Origin: a bacterium
Lineage (GTDB): Bacteria; Patescibacteriota; Minisyncoccia; Phycocordibacterales; UBA6899
Direction of reading: 5' to 3'
NCBI GenBank assembly: GCA_043756865.1
Contig: JAYUQG010000024.1
Span: forward strand, 27,259 to 91,258
Length of the DNA: 64,000 nt
The notes under the pieces are model-generated. The model did no database searches. It worked only from the letters and a program-made list of their open reading frames with translations, and had not been told where the DNA came from. The number at the start of each line of letters is the position of its first letter. Positions within the stretch are counted from its first letter, which is position 1. Of this stretch, positions 9,572 to 18,974 are shown piece by piece. Made by a program: the position numbers and the translations under genes.

Positions 9572-10061
9572 ACTGTTCCATAATCGAAAAATAACGTTTG
9601 ACCACTCTCTGGTGGATAGGAAATGCGAGCCTCGTACTCTTGGTGATGAACATCCGCTCTGATGCTTCGTGGTTGGGAATGAACGGTGCAAGGTCACCGA
9701 GTGTCATGTGGGGCGCGCTTCCAAAGATGAGGATTACTCCATCGGGGGTAGAAACTACGTCATGTGTGATAATCGATTTTGGATTAACGTCGATGTTGGT
9801 CTCCTCTTTTGTTTCGCGCGCCGCAGCTTCTTGCCATGTTTCACCAAGTATCACGAATCCCCCTGGGGGAGAAATGTGTCCCGAGCGGACAGTGTTCTGA
9901 CGCCGGATTCCGACAAGCTTTCCGTTTACCGGAATGAGGAGCACAGCGACAGGAGTCGGGTTCTTCCACGTCATCTTGGTGCAGCCCACACAGGGTTTCG
10001 GCCAAATTTCTCCATCCGGAAAGCGGGTGCCGCAGAACGAACAATGTGTAAACGGTTTCAT
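9564..10061 (-). CDS. NUDIX hydrolase with N-terminal zinc ribbon (ADP-ribose/NADH pyrophosphatase-like)
   Basis: CSFCG...CVGC, NPTPVA and Nudix box GGFVILGETWQEAAARETKEETN. Confidence 0.9.
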   Translation of the reverse strand: MKPFTHCSFCGTRFPDGEIWPKPCVGCTKMTWKNPTPVAVLLIPVNGKLVGIRRQNTVRSGHISPPGGFVILGETWQEAAARETKEETNIDVNPKSIITHDVVSTPDGVILIFGSAPHMTLGDLAPFIPNHEASERMFITKSTRLAFPIHQRVVKRYFSIMEQYD

Positions 10062-10237
10062 GATATTTCCTTTCAATGAACGAGCCTGATCAAAGCGTAC
10101 AGTGTATATATTTTTACTGCGCGTGTATTACGCAAAAATGACAGTGCTCAGTGCACATCCGACTCCAGATGCTGCAACAGAGCCGTGGCAAATAATAAAT
10201 ATTTGTACTAAATTAATACAAATAGTACACTTATATT

Positions 10238-10972
10238 ATGCACAAAAGACCACAAGACATTTTAAGCCAAGCTGGACTCACTCACCATGAAGTAGAAATA
10301 TACACGGCAATGCTCGGGGTCGGACCAATGAGCATATCGGGCATCGTGCGGGTGTGCGGGCTGCATCGACCTGCGGTATATGCCGCACTTCCAACCCTGA
10401 CTGCAAAGGGACTCATTTCCACCGCTCTTACGGGAAAGCGTAAGCAATATGTTGCGGAGGAGCCAGAACGACTTGAAAAGTTATTCGAGGAACGCGAACG
10501 TCAATTCAAGGAAGCGCTTGTCGAGTTCGGTCGTACGTATCGTAAAAAACAAACAAAGCCGTCGATAAAGGTTGTGGAAGGGAGGGAGGGGCTGCGTTCA
10601 GTGTTGGAAGACCTTGCGCACACGATGAAACCGGGAGGGACGTTTTATCGGGCAAGTTCACGTGACCTCGGTACTGACGTTGAGCGGTTCGTGCCTCGAG
10701 AGTGGCGCGCACTTCGCGATCAAAAACAATTGGAGCAGCTGGTCATCACTAACTCCGCACTCAGGGCAAGTCCACACAAGAAGCGTATTGAGTGTTTTTC
10801 TAAAATGATTCCCCCTTCTGAAGATCCGTTTACCTATGACATTGCACAGCTCATTTATGGAGACAAGGTCGCATTCGTCGATTACAAAGAAGAAGTAGCA
10901 CTCATTGTGCATAATCCACGGTTTGCAAAATTCCAAGAGCGCTTGTTCCGCTCGCTGTTTAGGCGGCTATAA
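10238..10972 (+). CDS. TrmB-like HTH transcriptional regulator
   Basis: GLT..E..IY..ML..G, HRPAVYAAL..L..KGL, EG.EG and IYGDKVA motifs. Confidence 0.85.
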   Translation: MHKRPQDILSQAGLTHHEVEIYTAMLGVGPMSISGIVRVCGLHRPAVYAALPTLTAKGLISTALTGKRKQYVAEEPERLEKLFEERERQFKEALVEFGRTYRKKQTKPSIKVVEGREGLRSVLEDLAHTMKPGGTFYRASSRDLGTDVERFVPREWRALRDQKQLEQLVITNSALRASPHKKRIECFSKMIPPSEDPFTYDIAQLIYGDKVAFVDYKEEVALIVHNPRFAKFQERLFRSLFRRL

Positions 10973-11017
10973 AAAAACTGCAGGCTATCCCGCAGTTCAC
11001 CTATCCTTCGGAGTGCA

Positions 11018-11353
11018 CTACACATGAGTCGTCCAATGTGTCCACCCGTCCCGCTTTCGTGCTTCCTGCGTGAGAGTTTTGAGAAACCGGTCAAACTCGT
11101 TGAAGTCGTCAGGACTGACTTCAACAAAACAATGCATGACAAGAGGAATGTTGGGGGGATAAAGCCAAGCGGGATATTTAACCGCAAAAATTTTTCCTTG
11201 TGGGGAAGATTCATCCTTTCTCTTAAATGGGATACTGAGATCCCCGCCAATTTGTGGCGAAAACGGGTAATTCGGGAATGTGGCTCGGATGCATCGCGAA
11301 TCAAACGTATTATAGTTTGCTGAGCGAATCTCGAACATGACGGCATGGGACAT
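11018..11353 (-). CDS. Hypothetical protein
   Basis: 111-aa ORF with AGGAG SD. Confidence 0.5.
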   Translation of the reverse strand: MSHAVMFEIRSANYNTFDSRCIRATFPNYPFSPQIGGDLSIPFKRKDESSPQGKIFAVKYPAWLYPPNIPLVMHCFVEVSPDDFNEFDRFLKTLTQEARKRDGWTHWTTHV

Positions 11354-11487
11354 GGGATTTTCTCCTATTCTACTCAGACTCTAGCGCGCTTTTCGTGTGA
11401 GTCAAGGAATAAAAAAGCAAGGCATGTTGCCCTGCTTGGTAGTGCGAGTGAGTGCATGCAATGCCCCGACAGCCCGCCGGGGGCAAT

Positions 11488-12354
11488 TTACTTCACGATT
11501 GCTTTCATCGACATGTCGAGCGGGTTTCCGAGTCCGCGAGTGACGAGTGAGGATTGTGAAATGTAATCCACTCCGGTTTCCGCAATCTCGACGAGATCGT
11601 ATCCGCCGATGCCTGATGCTTCGATGACGTATGGCTTTGATTCGAAACGAATCATGTGTACAGCACGACGAAGTTCGGTGGGAGACATGTTGTCAAGCAT
11701 GATGATGTCTGCCCGACCATCGCCAAAGACGCGCATCAGTGTATCTATTGAACCGACTTCGATTTCAATCATCTCCATTAGATGTGCTGTTTTTTTGCGC
11801 ATATCAATTGCGGGAACAACTCCGCCATAGACGGCGATGTCGTTGTCCTTGATTATGATGCCGTCGTACATGCCCGTGCGGTGATTTGTGCCACCGCCGA
11901 CACGCACTGCGTCCTTGTGCATTTCACGGAGTATTGCCGCGTCTTTGCGCGTATCAAGTAGTTTCACTCGGGTGTGTGCAATGCGCGCAACATCGTTAGC
12001 AACAACGGTGGCAATTCCTGAACAGCTCGTCAGGATGTTGAGTATCGTGCGTTCTGCCTTGAGGAGCACCTCGGCATTTCCAAGGAACTCAGCAACGATG
12101 TCACTCTTGGCCACGCGGGTGCCGTCGGGTGCAAATGCGCGGAGATGCACAGGATAGCACTGCCGGCTGACTGATTGCAGAAAGAATTCCGCTTGAATCA
12201 CGTCGAGTACCATCGGAATAAACTTCATTCCGGCGATGATGCCCGAGGCCTTTGCGGTAATGCGGAATATGGTATCCGGCGCCCCATCCATTTCGTGGAA
12301 TGCGAACGCTAAGTCATGGAGTAGTAACTCGCGAATTACTTCACGTGGTGTCAT
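11488..12354 (-). CDS. nadC: Nicotinate-nucleotide pyrophosphorylase (quinolinate phosphoribosyltransferase)
   Basis: ERTILN..SGIAT, DTRK, GGG.NHR, IKDN, IEIEV, IMLDNM, EASG and GVDYIS motifs. Confidence 0.93.
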   Translation of the reverse strand: MTPREVIRELLLHDLAFAFHEMDGAPDTIFRITAKASGIIAGMKFIPMVLDVIQAEFFLQSVSRQCYPVHLRAFAPDGTRVAKSDIVAEFLGNAEVLLKAERTILNILTSCSGIATVVANDVARIAHTRVKLLDTRKDAAILREMHKDAVRVGGGTNHRTGMYDGIIIKDNDIAVYGGVVPAIDMRKKTAHLMEMIEIEVGSIDTLMRVFGDGRADIIMLDNMSPTELRRAVHMIRFESKPYVIEASGIGGYDLVEIAETGVDYISQSSLVTRGLGNPLDMSMKAIVK

Positions 12355-12363
12355 GATGTCTCC

Positions 12364-13488
12364 TTATGTGATGGCGAGCATGCGCTCGATGGGGATATAT
12401 GCGCGCTTGGCGACCTTGGGGTCAACGGTAATCACATGCTGCTTGTCGCGGAGCGCAAGGTAGAGGTTTTCGAGCGTGTTTTGCTTCATGAATGCACACT
12501 CGGCATCTTTGTTCGCTGGGACAATCAGTTTGTCGGGGGCGGCGAGTTGCATCGGGCGAATATTGCCGATTTCGGTGGCCATGATGATTGTCTTTTGCTT
12601 GGCGCTTTTCACAAAATCAACCATGCCTTGCGTTGACCGCGCTTGCATCTGTTCTTTTGAGACACGCCCCTCTTTGACCTCAGTCATACACGCTGAAGTG
12701 CATCCGCATTCTGGGTGATAGACGACGGCAGCTTCAGGGTGCTCCTCGCGCGCAAGTGCGACATGCATGGGGCGGATCATGTCATGGACATGGCACGCAC
12801 CCATCATCAGCCACAGTCGGTCGAGTGATTCTCCGCGGTCTTGAAGCAGTGTCGCGGCATAGAAGCCGAGGTATACATCAGGCAAAAAGAGGATTGGTAC
12901 ATCAGGGTGCGTTGCGAGCACATGTTCAATCACCTTAGTTGCGTTACCCGATGCACAGCAATAGTCCGAGAGCACTTTCACGTCAAGATAGGTGTTCACG
13001 TATGAGATGACAATGCCGTCAGGAAATTTGCGTTTCCATGCACGAATTTTTTTCGGATTCGCATGTGCCGCGAGCGAGCAGAGCGCACTCATCGATGGGG
13101 CCAGTATTGTTTGGTTCTTTTTTTGAAAGACTTCCAAAAAGACTGCAAGAATCTGGTTCATGAAAAGCACCGATGCTTCGAGTACGATGGGAGCATCAGA
13201 GTCGCGGCCGGCCTTTGCCAGCGCAAGCGAATCGCCAACAACATCTGCCACCATCTGTACGTCGTCCGGCATGTAGTTGTGTGCAAGGATGAGGGCGCCG
13301 GTGTCTTTTTTCAATCGCGCAATTTCGTATTGAAGGTATGAGCGTCGGGCGGGGGAAATGTTTGTTGCGTATGCATCAGACGAGATCTCGGGGATGTCTA
13401 TTGGGGAGCTGAGGTCCATGTGTGGAATCGAGAGCATTGCGTCAGTTGCCGGAAGAATGTCACCGGGTTTTGGAATTGGAGCGCTCAT
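12364..13488 (-). CDS. nadA: Quinolinate synthase
   Basis: ILAHNY, GDSL.LA, YVNT, HPEC and three Fe-S Cys ligands (CSLA, CHVH, CAFMK). Confidence 0.95.
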   Translation of the reverse strand: MSAPIPKPGDILPATDAMLSIPHMDLSSPIDIPEISSDAYATNISPARRSYLQYEIARLKKDTGALILAHNYMPDDVQMVADVVGDSLALAKAGRDSDAPIVLEASVLFMNQILAVFLEVFQKKNQTILAPSMSALCSLAAHANPKKIRAWKRKFPDGIVISYVNTYLDVKVLSDYCCASGNATKVIEHVLATHPDVPILFLPDVYLGFYAATLLQDRGESLDRLWLMMGACHVHDMIRPMHVALAREEHPEAAVVYHPECGCTSACMTEVKEGRVSKEQMQARSTQGMVDFVKSAKQKTIIMATEIGNIRPMQLAAPDKLIVPANKDAECAFMKQNTLENLYLALRDKQHVITVDPKVAKRAYIPIERMLAIT

Positions 13489-13527
13489 GATTTCTCCTTT
13501 GGAGTGGTTGAGTCAAGGAACAGGGAA

Positions 13528-13575
13528 GTTGTAATGGCTACAACGCATCCTAGGTTCCATCGTACCGAGCGTCAA
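13528..13575 (-). promoter_or_regulatory. sigma70 promoter of nadAC (TTGACG-N17-TAGGAT) with palindrome GTTGTA-N5-TACAAC at the start site
   Basis: -35 at 13570-13575, -10 at 13547-13552, palindrome at 13528-13544. Confidence 0.6.
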
Positions 13576-13867
13576 GAAAATATGCTCGTATTAGAGCGAT
13601 ATTTGTACTCAAAACGCTTATATACTCCATCGCTCATCGGTTAATCCCCTCTGTGTGTGGCGTGACGGGGAAAATTCGAAATGTAGTATTTGTAATAAAA
13701 AAGTACAATATTAGTTATACACAAAACCTGCGGTTAAGCCCCGATAGGCCTTCGGTACTATTTCGTTTTGCCAATTACATCAAAAGTTGACACATGCTGC
13801 CCTCGTTGATGTATAGTCATTCGAGAGATTTTCTACAGCTCATTTCATTCACACGAAAGGTGTCATC

Positions 13868-15238
13868 ATGGACAAGCCGATTACTGAAGTTGACCTTGCG
13901 GTCGTTGGTGCTGGAGGAGTTTCGGGAGCAGCATTCTTGTGGTCACTTGCCGCCGCAACCGATATCAAAAGCGTGGTTGCATTCGAGCAGTTCGCCACTC
14001 CGGGGGCTGTAAACTCGAATCCTTTGAATAACGCCCAGACCTCCCACGACGGGGGAACAGAAACGAACTACTCGCTTGAGAAGGCGAGGAAGGTGAAGAT
14101 TGCCGCACTCATGTTGCGCAGGTACGTACGCTCATGCGGCAACTCGATGCTCTACAAGAAGACGCATCGCATGGTGCTTGGTGTCGGCGCAGCCGAAGTT
14201 GCCGAACTCGAAGAGCGCCAGAGAGTATTTGCTGCAGATTATCCTGACTTGAAGCTGGTGTATGGAGGCGAACTCGCACATATCGAGCCGATGGTCATGA
14301 GAGGTCGTGATCCTGCGGAACCGGTTTGTGCACAAGTATCCGATGAGGGCTATATCGTCAACTATCAACTCCTCGCGCAGGAATTGCTCGAAGAGGCAAA
14401 ACGACTGAACCCACTCCTTGATGTGCATTTCAACACGTCGGCCACACACATATCGCAGCGTGCTGACGGTCGATATCACATTGAAACAAAGCAGGGTTCG
14501 TGGCTCGCAAAGGCATTGGTGTGCACGGCCGGTGCATACAGCCTCCACTTTGCGCAATCATTGGGGTATGGACGTGATTTCGCACTCCTGCCTATCGCCG
14601 GCAACTTCTATTCGGCACCGCGCGTGTTAAATGGCAAGGTGTATCGTGTACAGCAAGAGGGGCTACCGTTTGCCGCTCCGCACGGAGATCCGGACATTTT
14701 GAGTGACAGCGTTACTCGTTTTGGTCCAACGACGAAGCCGCTTCCCTTTATGGAACGCCATCGGTGGGGAAGTATTCCCGACTTCGCCTCGATTTGGGGA
14801 AGAGCATCATGGCGTGGAGTAGTCAGTCTTGTGAAAATACTTGCTGCAAAACGCATCCTCGGATACGCAGTCAAACAGTTTTTCTTCGACTTGCCGTGGA
14901 TTGGCACTGCGCTCTTCTTGCGTGAGGTCCGCACGATTATCCCGACGATGAAATATGGCGACCTTAAGCTCAGGCGAGGTGCGGGTGGCATTCGACCGCA
15001 GATAGTCGACCTACGTTCAGGCGAGCTCATTATGGGAAGCGTAACTATCCCCGGCTACAACTCACTCTTTGTGACCACTCCGTCGCCCGGCGCGTCAATC
15101 TGTATTGCGCAAGGCAAAGAGGTGGCCGAAGCGACTGTAGCCATGTTCGAGGGTCAGTACCGTTTCGACAACGATGCATTTGAAGCAGCGCTCGACGGGA
15201 AAGCAAGACCACTCCTCGCCATAGTTCATGTAAATTAA
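13868..15238 (+). CDS. mqo: FAD-dependent oxidoreductase, malate:quinone oxidoreductase-like (epsilonproteobacterial type)
   Basis: VVGAGGVSG FAD motif, N.QT.H.G..ETNY.LEKA, FAAPHGDPD, TRFGPT, GGIRPQ and TPSPGAS. Confidence 0.75.
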   Translation: MDKPITEVDLAVVGAGGVSGAAFLWSLAAATDIKSVVAFEQFATPGAVNSNPLNNAQTSHDGGTETNYSLEKARKVKIAALMLRRYVRSCGNSMLYKKTHRMVLGVGAAEVAELEERQRVFAADYPDLKLVYGGELAHIEPMVMRGRDPAEPVCAQVSDEGYIVNYQLLAQELLEEAKRLNPLLDVHFNTSATHISQRADGRYHIETKQGSWLAKALVCTAGAYSLHFAQSLGYGRDFALLPIAGNFYSAPRVLNGKVYRVQQEGLPFAAPHGDPDILSDSVTRFGPTTKPLPFMERHRWGSIPDFASIWGRASWRGVVSLVKILAAKRILGYAVKQFFFDLPWIGTALFLREVRTIIPTMKYGDLKLRRGAGGIRPQIVDLRSGELIMGSVTIPGYNSLFVTTPSPGASICIAQGKEVAEATVAMFEGQYRFDNDAFEAALDGKARPLLAIVHVN

Positions 15239-15243
15239 AAAAC

Positions 15244-15268
15244 AAACCGCGATTTTTCGCGGTTTTTT
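15244..15268. terminator. Intrinsic terminator between convergent genes
   Basis: AAACCGCGA-tttt-TCGCGGTTT followed by T-tract. Confidence 0.75.
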
Positions 15269-15342
15269 ATAATTCTCAATATAAAAACAACCACCTGTGT
15301 GGTTGTTGGTTTTCCCGTCGCTAAAGAGGGGATAAAAGAAAC

Positions 15343-15564
15343 TCAGGAGCCGCGTGGGCGTTCGGTGACACGCACCTTGGCTCCCTCGGAGAGGACGGTG
15401 TCGGCGGTTGCCGGCTGTCCGTCGACGGTAACGTTCAGGCTCTTCAGGTCGAGCTTCAGGTGTGCTGCAGCCGCGCCGAGGGTGGTTGTGGGGGGCACTT
15501 CGACGTTTTTGCCGCGCTCTTTCTTGTCACTATTCAGTGGAACTTTTGTCAGGTGAATTTGCAT
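15343..15564 (-). CDS. Ubiquitin-like (ThiS/MoaD beta-grasp) protein, 73 aa, ending RPRGS
   Basis: VEVP..TTLG, VTVDG......VL.EG..V.V pattern; GGAG SD; starts 2 nt after the E1 stop. Confidence 0.8.
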   Translation of the reverse strand: MQIHLTKVPLNSDKKERGKNVEVPPTTTLGAAAAHLKLDLKSLNVTVDGQPATADTVLSEGAKVRVTERPRGS

Positions 15565-15565
15565 T

Positions 15566-16225
15566 TCAATCTCCAGTGGTTGGGTAGATGGTGATTTCTC
15601 CGCCGCACAGCCTTTCAACGTGCCAGTCTTTTCTACCACGCTTCCAAAAACTTCTCAATATGTATGCAGCTTCTGCAGCTACAACAGTCGAGACGTCGAT
15701 GATGCTATGGAGTCCGCACATTTGGGGGGCAGCTTCCGGGGTCGAGTAACTTAGGTAGTGTTCGTAATACGCGATCTCCTTTGTGTTGCAGGGTGAGATG
15801 GAAAAGACTTGCCAGAATTCCTCGGCGACACGCGTATCGATAAGTACATCGATGAGCGGATTTTTTTTCACCTTCTGCCAGATGAGCTGGCGTGCCTCCA
15901 TGGTATCGACGCAGGCAATAACTGTACGCTTCAAGGGTTCACCTTCGTAGCGTCTGCGCTGCACATTGAGTGAAATGCCCGTGTCGCGTAGGATGATTGC
16001 AGCGAGTGCGTCTACTTTGTAGAGCCCGAAGTCTCCTTCTCCGTAGAGTGACGGTGCGATGTTGTGTGACTCGACACTGTCGTGGTCGTAGACCGTGATA
16101 TCCGTAACACCCATACGTACGAGCATCGAAACGACATGACTTCCGACGGAACCCGCGCCGATGACGGTGACGGGCTTGATATCTTCATCAGGAAGGTAGT
16201 ACTTCTGCTGAGAGAGATTTAACAT
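15566..16225 (-). CDS. ThiF/E1-like adenylyltransferase
   Basis: VTVIGAGSVGS, YDHDSVESHN, KVDAL, ACVDTMEAR, IDTR and C-terminal QMCG Cys. Confidence 0.9.
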   Translation of the reverse strand: MLNLSQQKYYLPDEDIKPVTVIGAGSVGSHVVSMLVRMGVTDITVYDHDSVESHNIAPSLYGEGDFGLYKVDALAAIILRDTGISLNVQRRRYEGEPLKRTVIACVDTMEARQLIWQKVKKNPLIDVLIDTRVAEEFWQVFSISPCNTKEIAYYEHYLSYSTPEAAPQMCGLHSIIDVSTVVAAEAAYILRSFWKRGRKDWHVERLCGGEITIYPTTGD

Positions 16226-17670
16226 ACGACTGCCTCCGCGGTTTGTTCCATTTGGACTGTTGGCCATTCTTCGATTTTGTTGTAGAGGATGAGCTCGGGC
16301 GTGTAGCCCTCGGTCAGCCACCGCAAGATGTACTCGATGGCATCTGCATATCGATACTCCGCAACTGCTTCAGTGATGGGGTCGCCAACGTTTCCAAAGC
16401 AGTGTCCTGCCCACGGACTGATGTGTGGATGGGGAACTCCTTTTGGGTGGAATGCCTCTTCGCACCAGATGGTGATATGTGGGTCAATGCCCAAGCAAAT
16501 ACCAAACGTACCAATCTTGTACGTCACTCCACCATCGAGGATGGTGATGAGTTTTGTTTTCACCTCAAACCCGTAGTTGGGAATAATGATGGCACGAGCA
16601 ACGAGCGGGTGTAGCAAAATTGCTTCTGTATCTGCAACCAGATTATCCATCAGTGTTTGCTGATAGTGGACGTCTCCAAATAGGACTTTGTGCGTTTTGT
16701 GTTGCACCACAAGGTTGCGACGTTGTGCCAACAAATCTTCCTGTAGCTTAGCGATCGTTGTGACCGTCTTGGCAATCCGTGCTTCATGTGCGGTTACTTG
16801 AAGTTTTAGGAAGGCCGCACACTCGGTTTGCAGTGTTTGGCTCGAAAACGGTATCTCTATAGCGACTGCCTCATTGCCGTCGAGCCAAAATTGTAGCCCA
16901 AGGACAACAGCTTTGCTGAAGAGTTTGAGCAAGGTCGCGTCGCCGAGCTCCCACATGAGATACGGATTGTGCAGTATGTAGATGTTGTTTCCGATTACCT
17001 GCACAACGTCGTGGTCTCCGTCGGTGAGTGCGACGCCACGTCTTGGGGCACTTTTTAGCTGCGGCCAAACGAGACCTTTCGCTTCGACACTTAGCCCGAA
17101 GAGCGTATCCGGATGCGTCATCTGCGGGATGCCTGAAGGCAACGTATAGATAAACACATGGAGTTCGTCATCTTTGCACCGAATCGGTTCGTAAAAACCG
17201 GAGGGTGAAGGGTCGTGGAGAGTGAATCCGATACCGCCGACTACTTCCGCCATGATGCGAAGGTATTCGACAAAGATTGGCTGGAGCATGTGTTGCGAAC
17301 GGTCGAGCTTTTCGTCCGAGCGTGTTCCCGGTACAGGTGGCGCCATCACTGAAGTTCCCGGCTTGATGCAGATGAAGTCGAAGACGGTACCGCCAACACG
17401 ACACTCCAGTCCCTCACCGGGAGTAACAAGTTCTTCCACAACGTGTTTGATATACGGATGCGAGAAGAGCACTACTGGCAATGTCAGCTCTTCAGTGCCG
17501 ATCTGCACTGTCGCAGTAAAAATTTCGGTGCTTTGTACTGCGTCGAGCATTGTCAGTTCTGCTCGATGTACCGCGTGAGCAGCAAAAATCGGTCCTTCAA
17601 AGAGTGCAGTCGCCTGAGCAAGTTCATGGGCAGTGACATGCTTCTTTTGTGGTGTGAGATCAGGGGACAT
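16219..17670 (-). CDS. Multidomain protein with coiled coil and C-terminal E2-like (ubiquitin-conjugating fold) domain
   Basis: PHPHISPWAGHCFGN (HPH..C) motif after a heptad-rich segment; stop overlaps the E1 start. Confidence 0.65.
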   Translation of the reverse strand: MSPDLTPQKKHVTAHELAQATALFEGPIFAAHAVHRAELTMLDAVQSTEIFTATVQIGTEELTLPVVLFSHPYIKHVVEELVTPGEGLECRVGGTVFDFICIKPGTSVMAPPVPGTRSDEKLDRSQHMLQPIFVEYLRIMAEVVGGIGFTLHDPSPSGFYEPIRCKDDELHVFIYTLPSGIPQMTHPDTLFGLSVEAKGLVWPQLKSAPRRGVALTDGDHDVVQVIGNNIYILHNPYLMWELGDATLLKLFSKAVVLGLQFWLDGNEAVAIEIPFSSQTLQTECAAFLKLQVTAHEARIAKTVTTIAKLQEDLLAQRRNLVVQHKTHKVLFGDVHYQQTLMDNLVADTEAILLHPLVARAIIIPNYGFEVKTKLITILDGGVTYKIGTFGICLGIDPHITIWCEEAFHPKGVPHPHISPWAGHCFGNVGDPITEAVAEYRYADAIEYILRWLTEGYTPELILYNKIEEWPTVQMEQTAEAVVC

Positions 17671-17780
17671 TTGTTTCCTTTCCTATCAATGATCAATGTC
17701 TGAGACTAGTTCAACAAGAAAATTGAGAAAAAGTCAATTTGCACCGCAGAACAGCTGTTGCGCGTGTTATAATTTTATTT

Positions 17781-18974
17781 ATGGATTTGCAACACAAAGA
17801 CTTCCGTACATTGTTCCAGACACTTGTCATGTTTATTTCGCTTGTGACATACCCGCATACTGCATTTGCGGTACTTCCTCCAGATATTTTGTTTTCTGTG
17901 GGAGCCAGCCTCTGGCAAATTCTCGCCATGGTGGGTGTATTTGTGACTGGAGCAGCGATGTCGGTGCTGCCATTTCTCAAGGGTGTGTTTACGGGGGATC
18001 GTAACTGGAGGGTCATTTCGCTCTGCGTGGGACTCACATTGCTTGCGGGTACAGGACTGCTCGCATTTCTCTCAAGGCCCAATGCGACCCCCACACCACA
18101 GCCGTCTGTGTCCACTGGAACTTCTGCATCCCTGGGATATCGTTTCTTCGCTGATCGGTTTGTTATACACGGAACGCGTAAGGATGGTACCCCTCTTCTG
18201 GTTGATTTGGTGATCAATAGAAAAGAGGCCACTCCAGGAGTATTTGCACACTACTATATGGCGCAAATTATTGATGGCGAAGCAACCGCAAAAGACTATT
18301 TTACTAGGGATGCTGCATCGCATGAGGTCCTTCCCGACCTCCTTTTCACGCGATTTGTGCGACATGCTACGTCGAGTGAACCTTCACGCGAGTGGCAGGG
18401 GTTCTCATTTTACATGCTCGGGAAGCAATATGCGGTAAGCTCGGGCCCCATGGACGGGGATTTTGTGGTGCGTAACGTTCCTGAATACAGTGAGTATTCG
18501 AGTGCGGGGTCTGGAATCGTATCCGAGGAGGGGGAGCAGGTTCCTGTTTCTATTTATCACGAACGTGTTTACTCTACTGACTATCGTCCACTTATCTTCT
18601 TTGAAGGCTCCGTAACACTCCGTTCAGAGACCGTGCAACTCGTACTATGGGATGCACTTGGAAACTTTTATCTTATTGACCGCTCGCTCGTCCCCGAGCC
18701 TTCCCCTGTTTATGCTTCTCATTTTTGGGCGTTATACAAAGACACAATGGGATATGTCAAAAAGGGATTTGTGGGTGAGGCATCAATGCAGCGCGACGGA
18801 GAAACAGTTAAATTCTTTAGCACGGTCCCTGCATTTGCAGATGCGCAGGTTGGGGTGACGCTCAAAACAAAGTTTAAGGATGATTTCGACAAAGGGTACG
18901 TTGAAGGTCAGATTGCTGACAGCGCAGGAGTGCGAAAAATTTCTGGGCAAGGCTACTTTAATATCTATGAATAA
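17781..18974 (+). CDS. Hypothetical membrane-anchored protein
   Basis: N-terminal hydrophobic segments then a beta-rich domain; coupled to the downstream PEP-utiliser. Confidence 0.7.
   Translation: MDLQHKDFRTLFQTLVMFISLVTYPHTAFAVLPPDILFSVGASLWQILAMVGVFVTGAAMSVLPFLKGVFTGDRNWRVISLCVGLTLLAGTGLLAFLSRPNATPTPQPSVSTGTSASLGYRFFADRFVIHGTRKDGTPLLVDLVINRKEATPGVFAHYYMAQIIDGEATAKDYFTRDAASHEVLPDLLFTRFVRHATSSEPSREWQGFSFYMLGKQYAVSSGPMDGDFVVRNVPEYSEYSSAGSGIVSEEGEQVPVSIYHERVYSTDYRPLIFFEGSVTLRSETVQLVLWDALGNFYLIDRSLVPEPSPVYASHFWALYKDTMGYVKKGFVGEASMQRDGETVKFFSTVPAFADAQVGVTLKTKFKDDFDKGYVEGQIADSAGVRKISGQGYFNIYE

Noticed and set aside
13489-13600. NAD riboswitch upstream of nadA
   Set aside because: The predicted leader is only about 50 nt and I cannot match it to NAD-I or NAD-II consensus; a DNA operator explains the palindrome better
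15343-16225. ThiS-ThiF or MoaD-MoeB cofactor biosynthesis pair
   Set aside because: No GG terminus, no thi/moa genes nearby, and the pair is coupled to an E2-motif gene; not formally excluded
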